DNA from: an uncultured Gammaproteobacteria bacterium
Lineage (GTDB): Bacteria; Patescibacteriota; Microgenomatia; UBA8517; UBA10165
DNA length: 56,461 nt
Direction: 5' to 3'
Assembly (NCBI GenBank): GCA_964564005.1
Contig: CAZLZK010000001.1
Location: 3,588 to 60,048, forward strand
Positions 1 through 9,160 of this stretch are shown one piece after another. The notes under the pieces are model-generated. The model was not told the DNA's origin. It made no database searches and saw nothing but the letters and a program-made list of their open reading frames with translations. The position numbers and the translations under genes are program-made. Numbering within the stretch: the first letter of the stretch is position 1; each line of letters begins with the position of its first letter.

Positions 1-372
1 TTTAGCGAGATCCATAGAGTCTTAAAACCCAATGGAATTTGTTATCTTGCGGCCATAAACGGACTTTGGTTATGGGAGCCACACTATAGATTACCATTTC
101 TTTCGTGGCCTCCTAAAATTTTATCTAACTTTTATGTCAGACTGTCGGGACGTGCTGATAGATATTACGAGAATCTAAAAACATATTGGGGTTTACAGAA
201 GCTTACGCGCAATTTTATACGTTTCGAGTATACTCAGAAAATTCTTAAGGAGCCTAAGAAATTTGGATACGGAACTCTGACTAAGCCATATATAAGATAT
301 CCTCTCTGGCTACTCTCTCCCTTCGTTAAATATTTCACTCCTACCTTCTTTTGGCTCTTGATAAAACCTTAG
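1..372 (+). CDS. C-terminal fragment of a class I SAM-dependent methyltransferase (5' end outside window)
   Basis: Frame 1 is open from base 1 to TAG at 370-372. Translation starts FSEIHRVLKPNGICYLAAING, the (D/E)IxRVLKPgG segment typical of Methyltransf_11/25-type enzymes. It is absent from the ORF track because no start codon lies in the window. Confidence 0.6.
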   Translation, partial: FSEIHRVLKPNGICYLAAINGLWLWEPHYRLPFLSWPPKILSNFYVRLSGRADRYYENLKTYWGLQKLTRNFIRFEYTQKILKEPKKFGYGTLTKPYIRYPLWLLSPFVKYFTPTFFWLLIKP

Positions 373-389
373 GAAAACCACTAAGAAAA

Positions 390-1517
390 CTATCTTTCTG
401 GCAGAGCGGTTTCTATTAATTTTAAACTTTCTTTGATTGATCTTTTCCAGGAAAAGTTTTGACTCCAAGCGATAGCTCCCTCTTGCAACCTCCCATATTC
501 TGCTTTATCCGCCAACAAACGCATTATGTTTTTCGCCAACTCTTCCGGAGTATTTTGGACACATAAAATCCCGCTCTGGCCGTCCTTTACCGAATCAATT
601 AGGCCGGCAGAGCGATAAGCAACAACCGGCGTGCCAACGCTATTTGCCTCAATATTGACCAATCCCCAACCCTCGTGTACCGATGGGTTTACCAAAATAT
701 GCCCCTTGGCTAAAAGTTCAAATTTCTTCTCTTGAGAAACAAATCCCCAGAATTTTACCTTGCCATCTAATCCTAAATGTTTTACTAAATCCATAATTTT
801 TCTGCCATAGGCTTCTGTCTCTGATTTTCCAACAACCCAAAATTGATAACGCACTTGTTTATTTAAAATTGAAAAGCACTTAATCGCGTCTTCGATCCCT
901 TTATCCTTTGACAAAACCCCCAAATAAATAACTGTCTGTTTTTTTTCTTTCGTTGGCATAGGCGAAGGTTTTTTAAGAACAACGCCATGTGGAACAACTG
1001 TAATATTTTCTTTTGGTATACCAAACTTTGCAACATCCTCCTTGGCTGACTGCGACCCTGTCATGAACGGAGTTTTTTTGTAAAGCAGGAATACTAATGG
1101 CTCGAAGATATACCCAACTACACCATAAATCCAGTTAATAGGCCAGGGAAATGGATTAAGAAACCAAACGTTGCGTGCAGTTTCCTGGATAACAGCCAGC
1201 TTCGGTTTTCTTACATACAACGGCGTAAAGAATGGCATGCCATGAAACTGATCAACAACGAGATCATACTCCCTTTTGTGACTCTGGTAATACGAAAATC
1301 CGGCAAATTGGACTCCAAGGTGGTGTTGATTACCGCTGTGGACAAGCTGCACTCCGTCTAGCCCCTCTTCTTTTGCACAACCCTTAAACCGAGAAGCAAA
1401 AAGAGTAACTGCGTGTCCCGCCCCAATCCACCCCTTCATATGCTCATGCATAACTTGTTCTGCCCCACCCGAAAGAGGATGCTTTGGGTCCCGCCAAGAA
1501 AAAACAAGAATATTCAT
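390..1517 (-). CDS. GT4 (GT-B fold) glycosyltransferase
   Basis: 375 aa ORF. C-terminal EGWGLVNIEANSVGTPVVAYRSAGLIDSVKDGQSGIL matches the E-x7-E nucleotide-sugar binding signature of GT4 enzymes. Confidence 0.9.
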   Translation of the reverse strand: MNILVFSWRDPKHPLSGGAEQVMHEHMKGWIGAGHAVTLFASRFKGCAKEEGLDGVQLVHSGNQHHLGVQFAGFSYYQSHKREYDLVVDQFHGMPFFTPLYVRKPKLAVIQETARNVWFLNPFPWPINWIYGVVGYIFEPLVFLLYKKTPFMTGSQSAKEDVAKFGIPKENITVVPHGVVLKKPSPMPTKEKKQTVIYLGVLSKDKGIEDAIKCFSILNKQVRYQFWVVGKSETEAYGRKIMDLVKHLGLDGKVKFWGFVSQEKKFELLAKGHILVNPSVHEGWGLVNIEANSVGTPVVAYRSAGLIDSVKDGQSGILCVQNTPEELAKNIMRLLADKAEYGRLQEGAIAWSQNFSWKRSIKESLKLIETALPER

Positions 1518-2389
1518 GTTGCCAAAAGGAAAACACCAGAAAGCATAACTACCGAACCTCCTAATCTTTCTTTTATATTGCGTTCCTTAAGGAATAACCA
1601 GCCAAGAAAGACGGTAAAAATCATGCTCAATTTGAAAACCGCAGTTGCAAAACCAAGATTTGTCAGACTAAAGGCGATAAAGGCGGACGCCTGACCTATG
1701 CCGCCTAGTAGACCCACTAATAAAAAGAGTAATAAAAATTTTCGGGCTATTCTCAGCGGATTTTTAACTTTCGAGCGTGCCGATAGTAAAACTGCAAAAA
1801 TAGCAATACTCATACTCATGCCGATTAAAGAGGCAAACGGTGGTACTTGCGGACTAGTGTGCAAAATCGCCGTTTTCTCAAAAATTGGTGTTACAGCCCA
1901 AATAAAATACGCGGCAATAGAATACTGCACTCCGCGGTTCATGGATAAACCTTTAAGCGGCACCAGGAAACCAGATTTAATTCTTGGAAGCTCAAGGAGA
2001 TAAGCCCCGAGAACTACTAGGAAAATTCCAACCCATCCCTTAAAATCTACAAGCTCTCCTAAAAAGAAAAAAGCTAGTATGGCGGTAAAGACCGGATTAA
2101 ACGCCGCAAGCGGGGCAACTAGCGAAACATCGGATATTTTTATGGCGCGGTAAGCAAGAACTGCAGCCAATACTCCCATAAGGCTGCTGGCAGCCACTGC
2201 CAGTATAAAAACTTCATCAACTTTTGGGATTTTGTAGAAGAAGAGAACTATAAATAGTAAGAATGGCAAAGAGAATAGGCCTCCCAAGAAAAGATAAAAA
2301 TACTCGTTTGTCTCCCGCATTATCTTCTTGGCAATGATAACGCCCAAAGAGCTTACAAGAGCAAAAGTTAATGCAAAAGGAAACCACAC
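1514..2389 (-). CDS. EamA/DMT-superfamily 10-TM transporter
   Basis: 291 aa, about 10 hydrophobic helices in two similar halves, which is the EamA duplication pattern. Overlaps the downstream GT4 gene by 4 nt. Confidence 0.75.
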   Translation of the reverse strand: MWFPFALTFALVSSLGVIIAKKIMRETNEYFYLFLGGLFSLPFLLFIVLFFYKIPKVDEVFILAVAASSLMGVLAAVLAYRAIKISDVSLVAPLAAFNPVFTAILAFFFLGELVDFKGWVGIFLVVLGAYLLELPRIKSGFLVPLKGLSMNRGVQYSIAAYFIWAVTPIFEKTAILHTSPQVPPFASLIGMSMSIAIFAVLLSARSKVKNPLRIARKFLLLFLLVGLLGGIGQASAFIAFSLTNLGFATAVFKLSMIFTVFLGWLFLKERNIKERLGGSVVMLSGVFLLAT

Positions 2390-2403
2390 GCCTCTATTGT
2401 ACC

Positions 2404-3177
2404 TTAAATGCGGGGTTCAAGACGTTCCCATTGACTTCTGTTGCCGTCATCGTAGTAGCGCAAAATTATTAGTCTATAAAAAACAGCTAATGTGTCCCAA
2501 GCTTGCCTTGCAACAGTCCGCCAACTGATGCGGCTCGTTTCTCTGTCGAAAGTTACCTCAATGGGGGCTTCGTAAATTCGGTCAAATCCAAGGCGTTTAG
2601 CAACGGCTAACATTTCTATATCCATAGCATATTTTTTAACCAATAATCTCGGCAAAATTTTCTTTAACACCTCTCGCTTAAAAATCTTTATTCCGCTTTG
2701 TGTATCGGTTATCGGAAGCCCAAACAAGATCTTGACACCCCAGTGGTACCCTATACTTAAGATGTGCCTTAAAAAAGGGTAATTCACGCGAGAGGCGGGG
2801 TGGCGCTTGGACCCAAGGATAATATCTGCGTTATACCACTCCATATGGGCCATAAGCATCATAATGCTCTTGGGGCTTATTTCCCTCCCAGCATCCAAGA
2901 AGGATACCAAAGCCCCCTTTGAACGAGCCATGCCGAAACGAACTGCATATCCTTTACCTTGGTTTTCTTTATATCCGACAGCTTGAATCCTGTCCAGTCT
3001 AACCTTTTTTGCTTCTCTTAAGGTATTATCAAGAGCGCCGTCTACAACACATATAATCTCGTAATCGTATTCTTTAAGTCCCTTGTCTAAAGTATCGGCA
3101 ATATTCTCCAAATCACGCTTGATAGTCTTTTCTTGCTTGTAGGCAGGGACGATAACTGACAACAATTTTTTACTCAT
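2404..3177 (-). CDS. GT2 glycosyltransferase, Dpm1/GtrB/ArnC-like polyprenyl-phosphate sugar synthase
   Basis: LSVIVPAYKQE ... VVDGALDNT ... TDTQSGIKIFKREVL, i.e. N-terminal GT-A Rossmann and DxD region plus the (D/T)TQxGFK motif of Dpm1-like enzymes. Confidence 0.8.
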   Translation of the reverse strand: MSKKLLSVIVPAYKQEKTIKRDLENIADTLDKGLKEYDYEIICVVDGALDNTLREAKKVRLDRIQAVGYKENQGKGYAVRFGMARSKGALVSFLDAGREISPKSIMMLMAHMEWYNADIILGSKRHPASRVNYPFLRHILSIGYHWGVKILFGLPITDTQSGIKIFKREVLKKILPRLLVKKYAMDIEMLAVAKRLGFDRIYEAPIEVTFDRETSRISWRTVARQAWDTLAVFYRLIILRYYDDGNRSQWERLEPRI

Positions 3178-4475
3178 TTATTACTTGTACCACTTAAGCC
3201 TCTGGGCGAAATGGAATGATGGTACGGGAAGTATACAAGAAGGCTAATAACCAGTAAAGTTGCTAATATAACTGAAATTTGCACGACTCTTAATATTGTA
3301 GGGTGAATAAACCAGATAAGGATCGCTTGCGAGAGCGCCGCCAAAACAAAAAGGCCTACAATCTTAGTTTTGCCAATGGAGAGGTAAAATTGAACAAGCA
3401 ATGTGGCAACCGCGAGCAAACCCATCAACAGGCCAAACCACCACAAATATGGCGCGCCGCTAATAAATTCCGGGCCAAATAGAATATTAACAGCAAGTCG
3501 AGGAAACAGGAGGTAAAACAAAACAATAATTACCGCGATCCCCAAAACGGCCAAAAAACTCAGGTAAAATATGTTATGGTACGGTTTTCCGTGCGAGTGC
3601 CGTTGGGCAATCAAAGGAAACATTGCTTGGGTCAAGGGTGAAGTACCGTAAAAGACAATTCGTCCTAAGATTGCCAACGAGGCATAAATTCCTGCATCCC
3701 CAGGAGAAAAAAAATGTTTTACCAGAACGACATCCGTTGAATACATTGAAGTCAAGGCAAAACCCTGAAGTAAAACTGGCACCGAATATTTAAGGAGTGG
3801 AGCAATATTCGGCCTTTCTCCTTTTTCCCCACGCAAATAGTTGCTTATTGAAGATCGTGTAAAAAAGAAGGCCAGGGCCGTACCCAAGAAGATTGCGAAT
3901 GCGGCTCCTAAAACTGACCATCCAAGTAGGATAAAAGCAATTGTCAAGAAAAGCCTTAACCACGTCTCGACGAGGAGACTTTTTACGTATTTTCCAAACT
4001 CAAGAATCCCTTGTAATACAGACCGCGCCGCATTAATCATTATGATAAATACAATTGATGGGCCAAGAAAGTAAATAGCAATTGGTTGTTGTAAGTTCAT
4101 AAAATTTGCCAAAAGAGGGGAAAGGAATAGGGTGATAATTCCTATGCCAACACCAACCCACAGACTCCATCGGTGAACCCATTTTGTAAAATTGGCAATG
4201 CCAGATTGACTTTTTGCTGCTGCTACAAAACGAACAATTGTCAAGCCAAAAGACATCTGAACCACCGCAACTAATCCCAAAATGGAAAAGATGGCAGCAA
4301 TATCTCCATAATAAACTTTCCCCAAAAGTCGGCCAGCAATTATGTGATAAATAAATTGGCCAAGGCTAGCAAGATTGGCACCAACAAGCATAATCATGCC
4401 CCCCGCAAATAAAGGATTATCAATAATTCGCTTGATATAGCTTGTCAACCTCAAATTCTTTGTCATGCTACCCAA
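3174..4475 (-). CDS. MOP-superfamily polysaccharide/oligosaccharide flippase (Wzx-like)
   Basis: 433 aa with 12 or more TM helices. N-terminal pattern (LVGANLASLGQFIYHIIAGRLLGKVYYGD) is typical of Polysacc_synt-type flippases. 4-nt overlap with the downstream GT2. Confidence 0.7.
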   Translation of the reverse strand: MGSMTKNLRLTSYIKRIIDNPLFAGGMIMLVGANLASLGQFIYHIIAGRLLGKVYYGDIAAIFSILGLVAVVQMSFGLTIVRFVAAAKSQSGIANFTKWVHRWSLWVGVGIGIITLFLSPLLANFMNLQQPIAIYFLGPSIVFIIMINAARSVLQGILEFGKYVKSLLVETWLRLFLTIAFILLGWSVLGAAFAIFLGTALAFFFTRSSISNYLRGEKGERPNIAPLLKYSVPVLLQGFALTSMYSTDVVLVKHFFSPGDAGIYASLAILGRIVFYGTSPLTQAMFPLIAQRHSHGKPYHNIFYLSFLAVLGIAVIIVLFYLLFPRLAVNILFGPEFISGAPYLWWFGLLMGLLAVATLLVQFYLSIGKTKIVGLFVLAALSQAILIWFIHPTILRVVQISVILATLLVISLLVYFPYHHSISPRGLSGTSNK

Positions 4476-5674
4476 TATCCTCGAATGAATAATGTTGTCT
4501 CTATGGCTAAAAGAATAACAGAAATGGCCAAAGATAGCACTTTAAAGACTCTCCCCCGTGAGGCGAGGAACAAGCCCAAAATGAGAAATAGAGGGAATAA
4601 GACCAAGACATAGCGAGGCAAAGAGCTAAAACTACCCGTCAGGGTCGGCAAAATATAGCCTAGAAATAGAAATAGTAGGTACGAGGGCCGTACCTTTTTT
4701 GTGTAGCCCCACACAAGGGAAAATAATCCTAAAAGTCCAATGGCTACTTCGAGTAAGATTGTTAAGTAAATTGGGTCAGATCTTGTAACAGTTACGAGCA
4801 TTTTTATATATCTCCAAAAAACTTGCGGCAAGAGAATAAGCTCCTGGGCTCGTTGCTCCCCAGACAATTGCTGCAAGTTATAAAACATAAACGGATCCCC
4901 AGTCGTGCTCTTTAAAAACAGCCTGTAAAAAATTAGTCCCAGAGGAACTAGAAGCGGCGACATAATCTGCTTTGTGTTTAGCCCACCCTCTTGTTTTCTA
5001 TGCTGCCACAACTCAACAATCATCGCCGGCAGCAGAAAAATTCCGACAAGGCGAGTTGCTGTGGAAAGCCCTCCCAATAGCCCCGCAAAGATCCACCTAT
5101 CTTTCCTTAAACAATAAAAAGCAGCTACAGTTAAAAGAAAAAATAGAGACTCTGTATAAAGAGCACCAAAATAGAAAGAGGTTGGAAAAGTAAGAAGAGA
5201 GATGAGAGAGATCGTGGCAATCTTTTTTGAATGGTCAAGACAAACCAACCGCCAAAATAAAAATAGGGCAACAAGGAAGGCAAGGTTGGAAATCGCAAGG
5301 CCTGAAAAAAGCAAGGGTAGGAAACCAAATCCGAAGAAGCCGCCAATAAAGCGAGCAAGAAGAGGGTAAAGAGGAAAAAATGCATGCGTTAGGGGTTGAT
5401 ATCCATGTTGTGCGATTCTCAGATAGTGTTCTCCATCAAAGTTCGCCCAACCCCAAAGAAGTGGATTGACAAGATAATTCTCAATGCCACCTCCTAAGAA
5501 ATGTCTACTCTTAAGAGGCAGTACTATTAGACCAATAAGGGCAAAGACAATCGTCCAAACTCGCCAGGCAAGAAAAAACAAAATAATTTGGGCGTTGTCT
5601 GGGTTACCCAACCACCTTCTGATAAACTTGAATAGTCTCATCCGCTGTCTTGGTCCAGGAAAAACGTTTAACAT
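4463..5674 (-). CDS. Polytopic membrane protein, PIG-V/Mannosyl_trans2-like GT-C candidate
   Basis: 403 aa, multi-TM. WANFDGEHYLRIAQHGY motif after TM1 is characteristic of PIG-V-like mannosyltransferases and is paralogous to 49805..50968 (VANFDGPHYIVVAKTLY). The true start may be the internal Met at 5641. Confidence 0.6.
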   Translation of the reverse strand: MLNVFPGPRQRMRLFKFIRRWLGNPDNAQIILFFLAWRVWTIVFALIGLIVLPLKSRHFLGGGIENYLVNPLLWGWANFDGEHYLRIAQHGYQPLTHAFFPLYPLLARFIGGFFGFGFLPLLFSGLAISNLAFLVALFLFWRLVCLDHSKKIATISLISLLTFPTSFYFGALYTESLFFLLTVAAFYCLRKDRWIFAGLLGGLSTATRLVGIFLLPAMIVELWQHRKQEGGLNTKQIMSPLLVPLGLIFYRLFLKSTTGDPFMFYNLQQLSGEQRAQELILLPQVFWRYIKMLVTVTRSDPIYLTILLEVAIGLLGLFSLVWGYTKKVRPSYLLFLFLGYILPTLTGSFSSLPRYVLVLFPLFLILGLFLASRGRVFKVLSLAISVILLAIETTLFIRGYWVA

Positions 5675-6635
5675 GCTCTAAACCTTTCCTGGATAGCTCT
5701 CTTTGCAGTTCAGGATCTTTGAGAACTTTTATAAGACCTGAAGCAATATCCGAAGTAACTCTAGGGTCAACGAAGACAGCCGCTCCTTCAGCAGTTTCAA
5801 CCAGCGCTTGCGTCTTAGCTCCGACAACAGGAGTTCCAGAGGCCATAGCTTCCAAAACCGGAAGGCCAAATCCTTCATAAAAAGATGGCTGACAATAGAT
5901 TGTTGCCAGATTATAGATTTTCACCAAATCCTCATCTGGGACAAAACCAACACGTGCAACGAGCGGATCACTCCCATATTTTTCAATAAACTTGCGAAAC
6001 TCTTTGTTCTCCGGATGAGACCAGTTAATATTCTCTTCCGCCGCCTGCTTGCCTACAATAACAAGCGGTGTGTTAATTTGTTTGCATGCTGCCGCAAGAG
6101 CTGAAAGATTTTTGTTGTAATTGACATCGCCAACGTAAAGAACAAATCTTTCTGGCAGATTGTACTTCTCTACACTCCTATGTAGGAGTGTAGAATTTCC
6201 TGACAGCTTACAGAAAATTCTAGCTGGCGCTAGTTGTGTAACATATACTCTTTCCTGTAACACGTCTAAAGACCTGATAATGTCTTTCTTTGATGTTTCA
6301 CTAATTGTGATAACAGCACTAACATTCTTTAATGCTCTCTTCTGTTTTAGAAAATTCAACTTTCCTTTAACCCCCGGAGGATACTGTTTTGGATAAATGA
6401 GTGGAATGGTGTCATAAATAGTCACAAATGTTGGTTGATCTTTTTTAATGTGAAGTGTATTAAGGAATAGGTCAAAATATGGATAATGCACGACATCGGC
6501 ATTTATTTCTTGATCAACCAGTTTTATGTCCTCTCTCTTTCTTAACTCCTGTTCCAAACTTCGAGCATAAGTCCCTATGCCCCGAACAACATGCCCAGCG
6601 TGTAAGGGTTTTGTATCAAAATAAACTTTAATCAT
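5604..6635 (-). CDS. GT4 (GT-B fold) glycosyltransferase
   Basis: 343 aa with EGFGLPVLEAMASGTPVVGAKTQALVETAEGAAVFV, the E-x7-E GT4 signature. Confidence 0.9.
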   Translation of the reverse strand: MIKVYFDTKPLHAGHVVRGIGTYARSLEQELRKREDIKLVDQEINADVVHYPYFDLFLNTLHIKKDQPTFVTIYDTIPLIYPKQYPPGVKGKLNFLKQKRALKNVSAVITISETSKKDIIRSLDVLQERVYVTQLAPARIFCKLSGNSTLLHRSVEKYNLPERFVLYVGDVNYNKNLSALAAACKQINTPLVIVGKQAAEENINWSHPENKEFRKFIEKYGSDPLVARVGFVPDEDLVKIYNLATIYCQPSFYEGFGLPVLEAMASGTPVVGAKTQALVETAEGAAVFVDPRVTSDIASGLIKVLKDPELQRELSRKGLEHVKRFSWTKTADETIQVYQKVVG

Positions 6636-7537
6636 TGAGTCAAAAATCTCCAGTAGGCCCTCGGGAAGCGAAGGGCTGAAAAAAATGAAAAGATTATCCC
6701 GGGAATTCCGTCCAGAATTCCTTTATGTCTTAACTGTGTCAGTAAGAACCAGTAAATAGGTTTTACCAAGAAATAATTAAGAAACTGTAGTGGGTTTCTT
6801 CCGACGCGATCTTGACTTAAATCTTGGGCTATCAAATCTACGTAACGGCTATTCTTTCGAAGATAACGACTAAAAGTCGGTGAGTCCATATGAATCAGGT
6901 TGTTTTGGAGCCACCCAACTCTCCCGTCAACAACGATCTGCTCGTGAACACTTTTGGCAGGAAAATAAGATTTGCTTTTCCTAACAAGTCTTATAACCCC
7001 GTCTGGATAAACTCCTCCGTGGCGCAAAAATTTGCCAAGAAAATAGTTTAGCCGCGGAATAAAAAATGCCGCAAACGGTCCACCTTTAGTGCCCATTGAG
7101 CCGTCACGCTTTTCCAGAAGCCTTTGGTGTCTTAAAAAAAGATTTCGATTTGGTAGACTTCCCTGATACTTCTCTATCTCTTCATCGGCCATCTCGATAA
7201 TCTTTCTTATTTCATCCGCAAGCTCAAGGGTTACCTGCTCATCTGCATCAAGCTGTAAAACCCACTCGTGGGATGCTGTCCGAAGCGCTTTTTCCTTGTT
7301 GATGTGGAAAATTGGCTCATTCACGACTTTTAACACACGTGCTCCATGTTTCTCTGCAATCTCGCGTGTCCTGTCAGAAGAAGATCCGTCCACAACAACA
7401 ATCTCATCTGCCAATCCTTTGACCGACTCAAGGCATTTGCCTACATTTTTCTCCTCGTTATGTGTAGCAAGAACTACAGAGAGCTTCGGTCTTTGTTCTT
7501 TGTTCTTTGTTCTTTGTTCTACCACTTTAGTTTGCAA
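6632..7537 (-). CDS. GT2 glycosyltransferase (paralog group with 29828..30595 and 31527..32426)
   Basis: LSVVLATHNEEKNVGKCLESVKGLADEIVVVDGSSSDRT ... QLDADE. TTG start at 7537 or GTG at 7525. Carries a heptanucleotide tract at codons about 6-16. Confidence 0.9.
   Translation of the reverse strand: MQTKVVEQRTKNKEQRPKLSVVLATHNEEKNVGKCLESVKGLADEIVVVDGSSSDRTREIAEKHGARVLKVVNEPIFHINKEKALRTASHEWVLQLDADEQVTLELADEIRKIIEMADEEIEKYQGSLPNRNLFLRHQRLLEKRDGSMGTKGGPFAAFFIPRLNYFLGKFLRHGGVYPDGVIRLVRKSKSYFPAKSVHEQIVVDGRVGWLQNNLIHMDSPTFSRYLRKNSRYVDLIAQDLSQDRVGRNPLQFLNYFLVKPIYWFLLTQLRHKGILDGIPGIIFSFFSALRFPRAYWRFLTQ
7490..7520. repeat. Heptanucleotide tandem tract (CTTTGTT) x4.4
   Basis: ggTCTTTGTTCTTTGTTCTTTGTTCTTTGTTCTacc. 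Lies between the start codon and the GT-A domain of the GT2 gene 6632..7537 (EQRTKNKEQRPK). Confidence 0.95.
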
Positions 7538-9158
7538 CCACTCTAAATGCTACTCTGCCGCTAGGAAAATAAATTGTCTTTAAAACATTCGCTGCTTCTG
7601 GAACTTCTTCATCTGTACCAGCAATAAGCGCCCCCGAATATTCGGCTTTTATTTTATCCCATTCCGCAATTGGCCGAAATACAAACCTACCGAAGTTCTC
7701 GACTGTTGAAAATCCGAACTCATCGCGGGGCGTTAAAATATGTTCTCCCTGAAATTTCTCGGGCGGGTATTTCGAGTAGAACAAGAATAGAATGTATGGT
7801 TGGTCGTAGCGGTTAGTAACAACAATGCGCGAGTATTTATCTTTGTTCGCATCAACATATTCTACCAGTTCTTTTACTCCATACTGGGAAGAAGAATCAT
7901 ATGTTTGGGACATGTGAGAATAATATTGATGAAGGTACCTTGTAAAATTCCAGACTCCGAATGTAACAAATAACAAGTAATAAGTAATAAGTAACTTTTT
8001 ATCCCCAATATTGCTCTTCAACCAATCAAACAATGAAATTGCACCAAAGGCGCTTATGATAACCAGGGGGATAACCATGTTTTGGCTGCGCAGAGCATGT
8101 GGGGCCTGGAATGTTAGGGCTGCAGCAATTGGCGCAACAAAAAGCCACAATAGAATCGGTCCCCAACCAGTAAGGTTGCGAGCAATTACAAAAAGTCCCA
8201 CGCTCAAGAAAATTATGTCAAAGAGATACATCTGGCCCATCTCCGGAACTCGATTCCTTTGGATCTCATCACCCGATATAAATAAGAACTCTCCCCAAAG
8301 ATGGTCTGTGTAATTTTCTAAAAACGCAAGACCGTAGTTTACCGGTTTATTGTGCAAAATTTTTGCCGGAGTGCTCTGAAAATCTCCATGCTCTCCACGC
8401 TGCTGATTGATCCTCCAAAAAGGCCCAGTGTCCACAAACAAGCCCACACCTGCAGCTCTAGAAATCCCTGCAGGGCCGGTTAAATCACGAGCAAGTGGAA
8501 GCAATAAGATTACAGACACCAAGACGCCAGCTACTACTGCTCTCAAATTCTTGAGAATTTGAGAACGATACAGTAATAGAATTCCCATAATAAGCAACGG
8601 GGCTACAATACGAGCCGAATGGTAGGTATATAAGGAAAGCGCAAAGCTCAGAGCGGAAAGCGTAAAGTATTTTGGACTCTTTAAAGACTTTAAAAATAGC
8701 AAAAGCCCAAGGGTAATAAAGAATGTTGCGGCGTTTACCTCCCAGCCGCCGCGAGAGAAATGCAAGTGCCAAGGAGAAATTGCTAAAAAAAGCGCTGAAA
8801 TTTCGGGCAACCACCTCTTCTGGGGAAATAGTTCGCGAACTAGTAACCAAACTAAAAAGACAGTAGCAATACCAAGGACAACTCCGGGTAATCTTACTGC
8901 AAGTTCGCCGAGTCCCAAAATTTTTACAAAAGGCAAAACTATATAAAAATAGAGTCCTGGTTTCCAGTCGTTAAAAGACTGAAAATGAATCGGCCACGGA
9001 TTTCCATGTTCATCTTTTCCTGTTTCAAGAAGAGAGTACGCATTGTAGCCAATTGCTGCCTCGTCTGCGTTCAGTGCCGGAAGGGTTGTTAGGTGGTACA
9101 ACCGTAAGATTCCCGCCAGTAACAATATCAGAATTATTAAAAATTTGTTTTTAAGCAT
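7527..9158 (-). CDS. GT-C fold membrane glycosyltransferase, PMT_2/ArnT-like (family A, paralog 1 of 5)
   Basis: 543 aa. TM1 is followed by NADEAAIGYNAYSLLETGKDEHG, an acidic DE motif in the first external loop as in GT39/GT83. Also AVRLPGV, ISPWHLHFSRGGWEVN, about 11-12 TM and a soluble C-terminal domain (QPYILFLFYSKYPPEKFQ). Confidence 0.8.
   Translation of the reverse strand: MLKNKFLIILILLLAGILRLYHLTTLPALNADEAAIGYNAYSLLETGKDEHGNPWPIHFQSFNDWKPGLYFYIVLPFVKILGLGELAVRLPGVVLGIATVFLVWLLVRELFPQKRWLPEISALFLAISPWHLHFSRGGWEVNAATFFITLGLLLFLKSLKSPKYFTLSALSFALSLYTYHSARIVAPLLIMGILLLYRSQILKNLRAVVAGVLVSVILLLPLARDLTGPAGISRAAGVGLFVDTGPFWRINQQRGEHGDFQSTPAKILHNKPVNYGLAFLENYTDHLWGEFLFISGDEIQRNRVPEMGQMYLFDIIFLSVGLFVIARNLTGWGPILLWLFVAPIAAALTFQAPHALRSQNMVIPLVIISAFGAISLFDWLKSNIGDKKLLITYYLLFVTFGVWNFTRYLHQYYSHMSQTYDSSSQYGVKELVEYVDANKDKYSRIVVTNRYDQPYILFLFYSKYPPEKFQGEHILTPRDEFGFSTVENFGRFVFRPIAEWDKIKAEYSGALIAGTDEEVPEAANVLKTIYFPSGRVAFRVVAN
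7961..7995. repeat. Heptanucleotide tandem tract AAGTAAY x3, preceded by 2 degenerate units
   Basis: ATGTAAC AAATAAC AAGTAAT AAGTAAT AAGTAAC. Encodes the TM segment LLITYYLLFVTF of 7527..9158. Confidence 0.85.
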
Positions 9159-9160
9159 AT

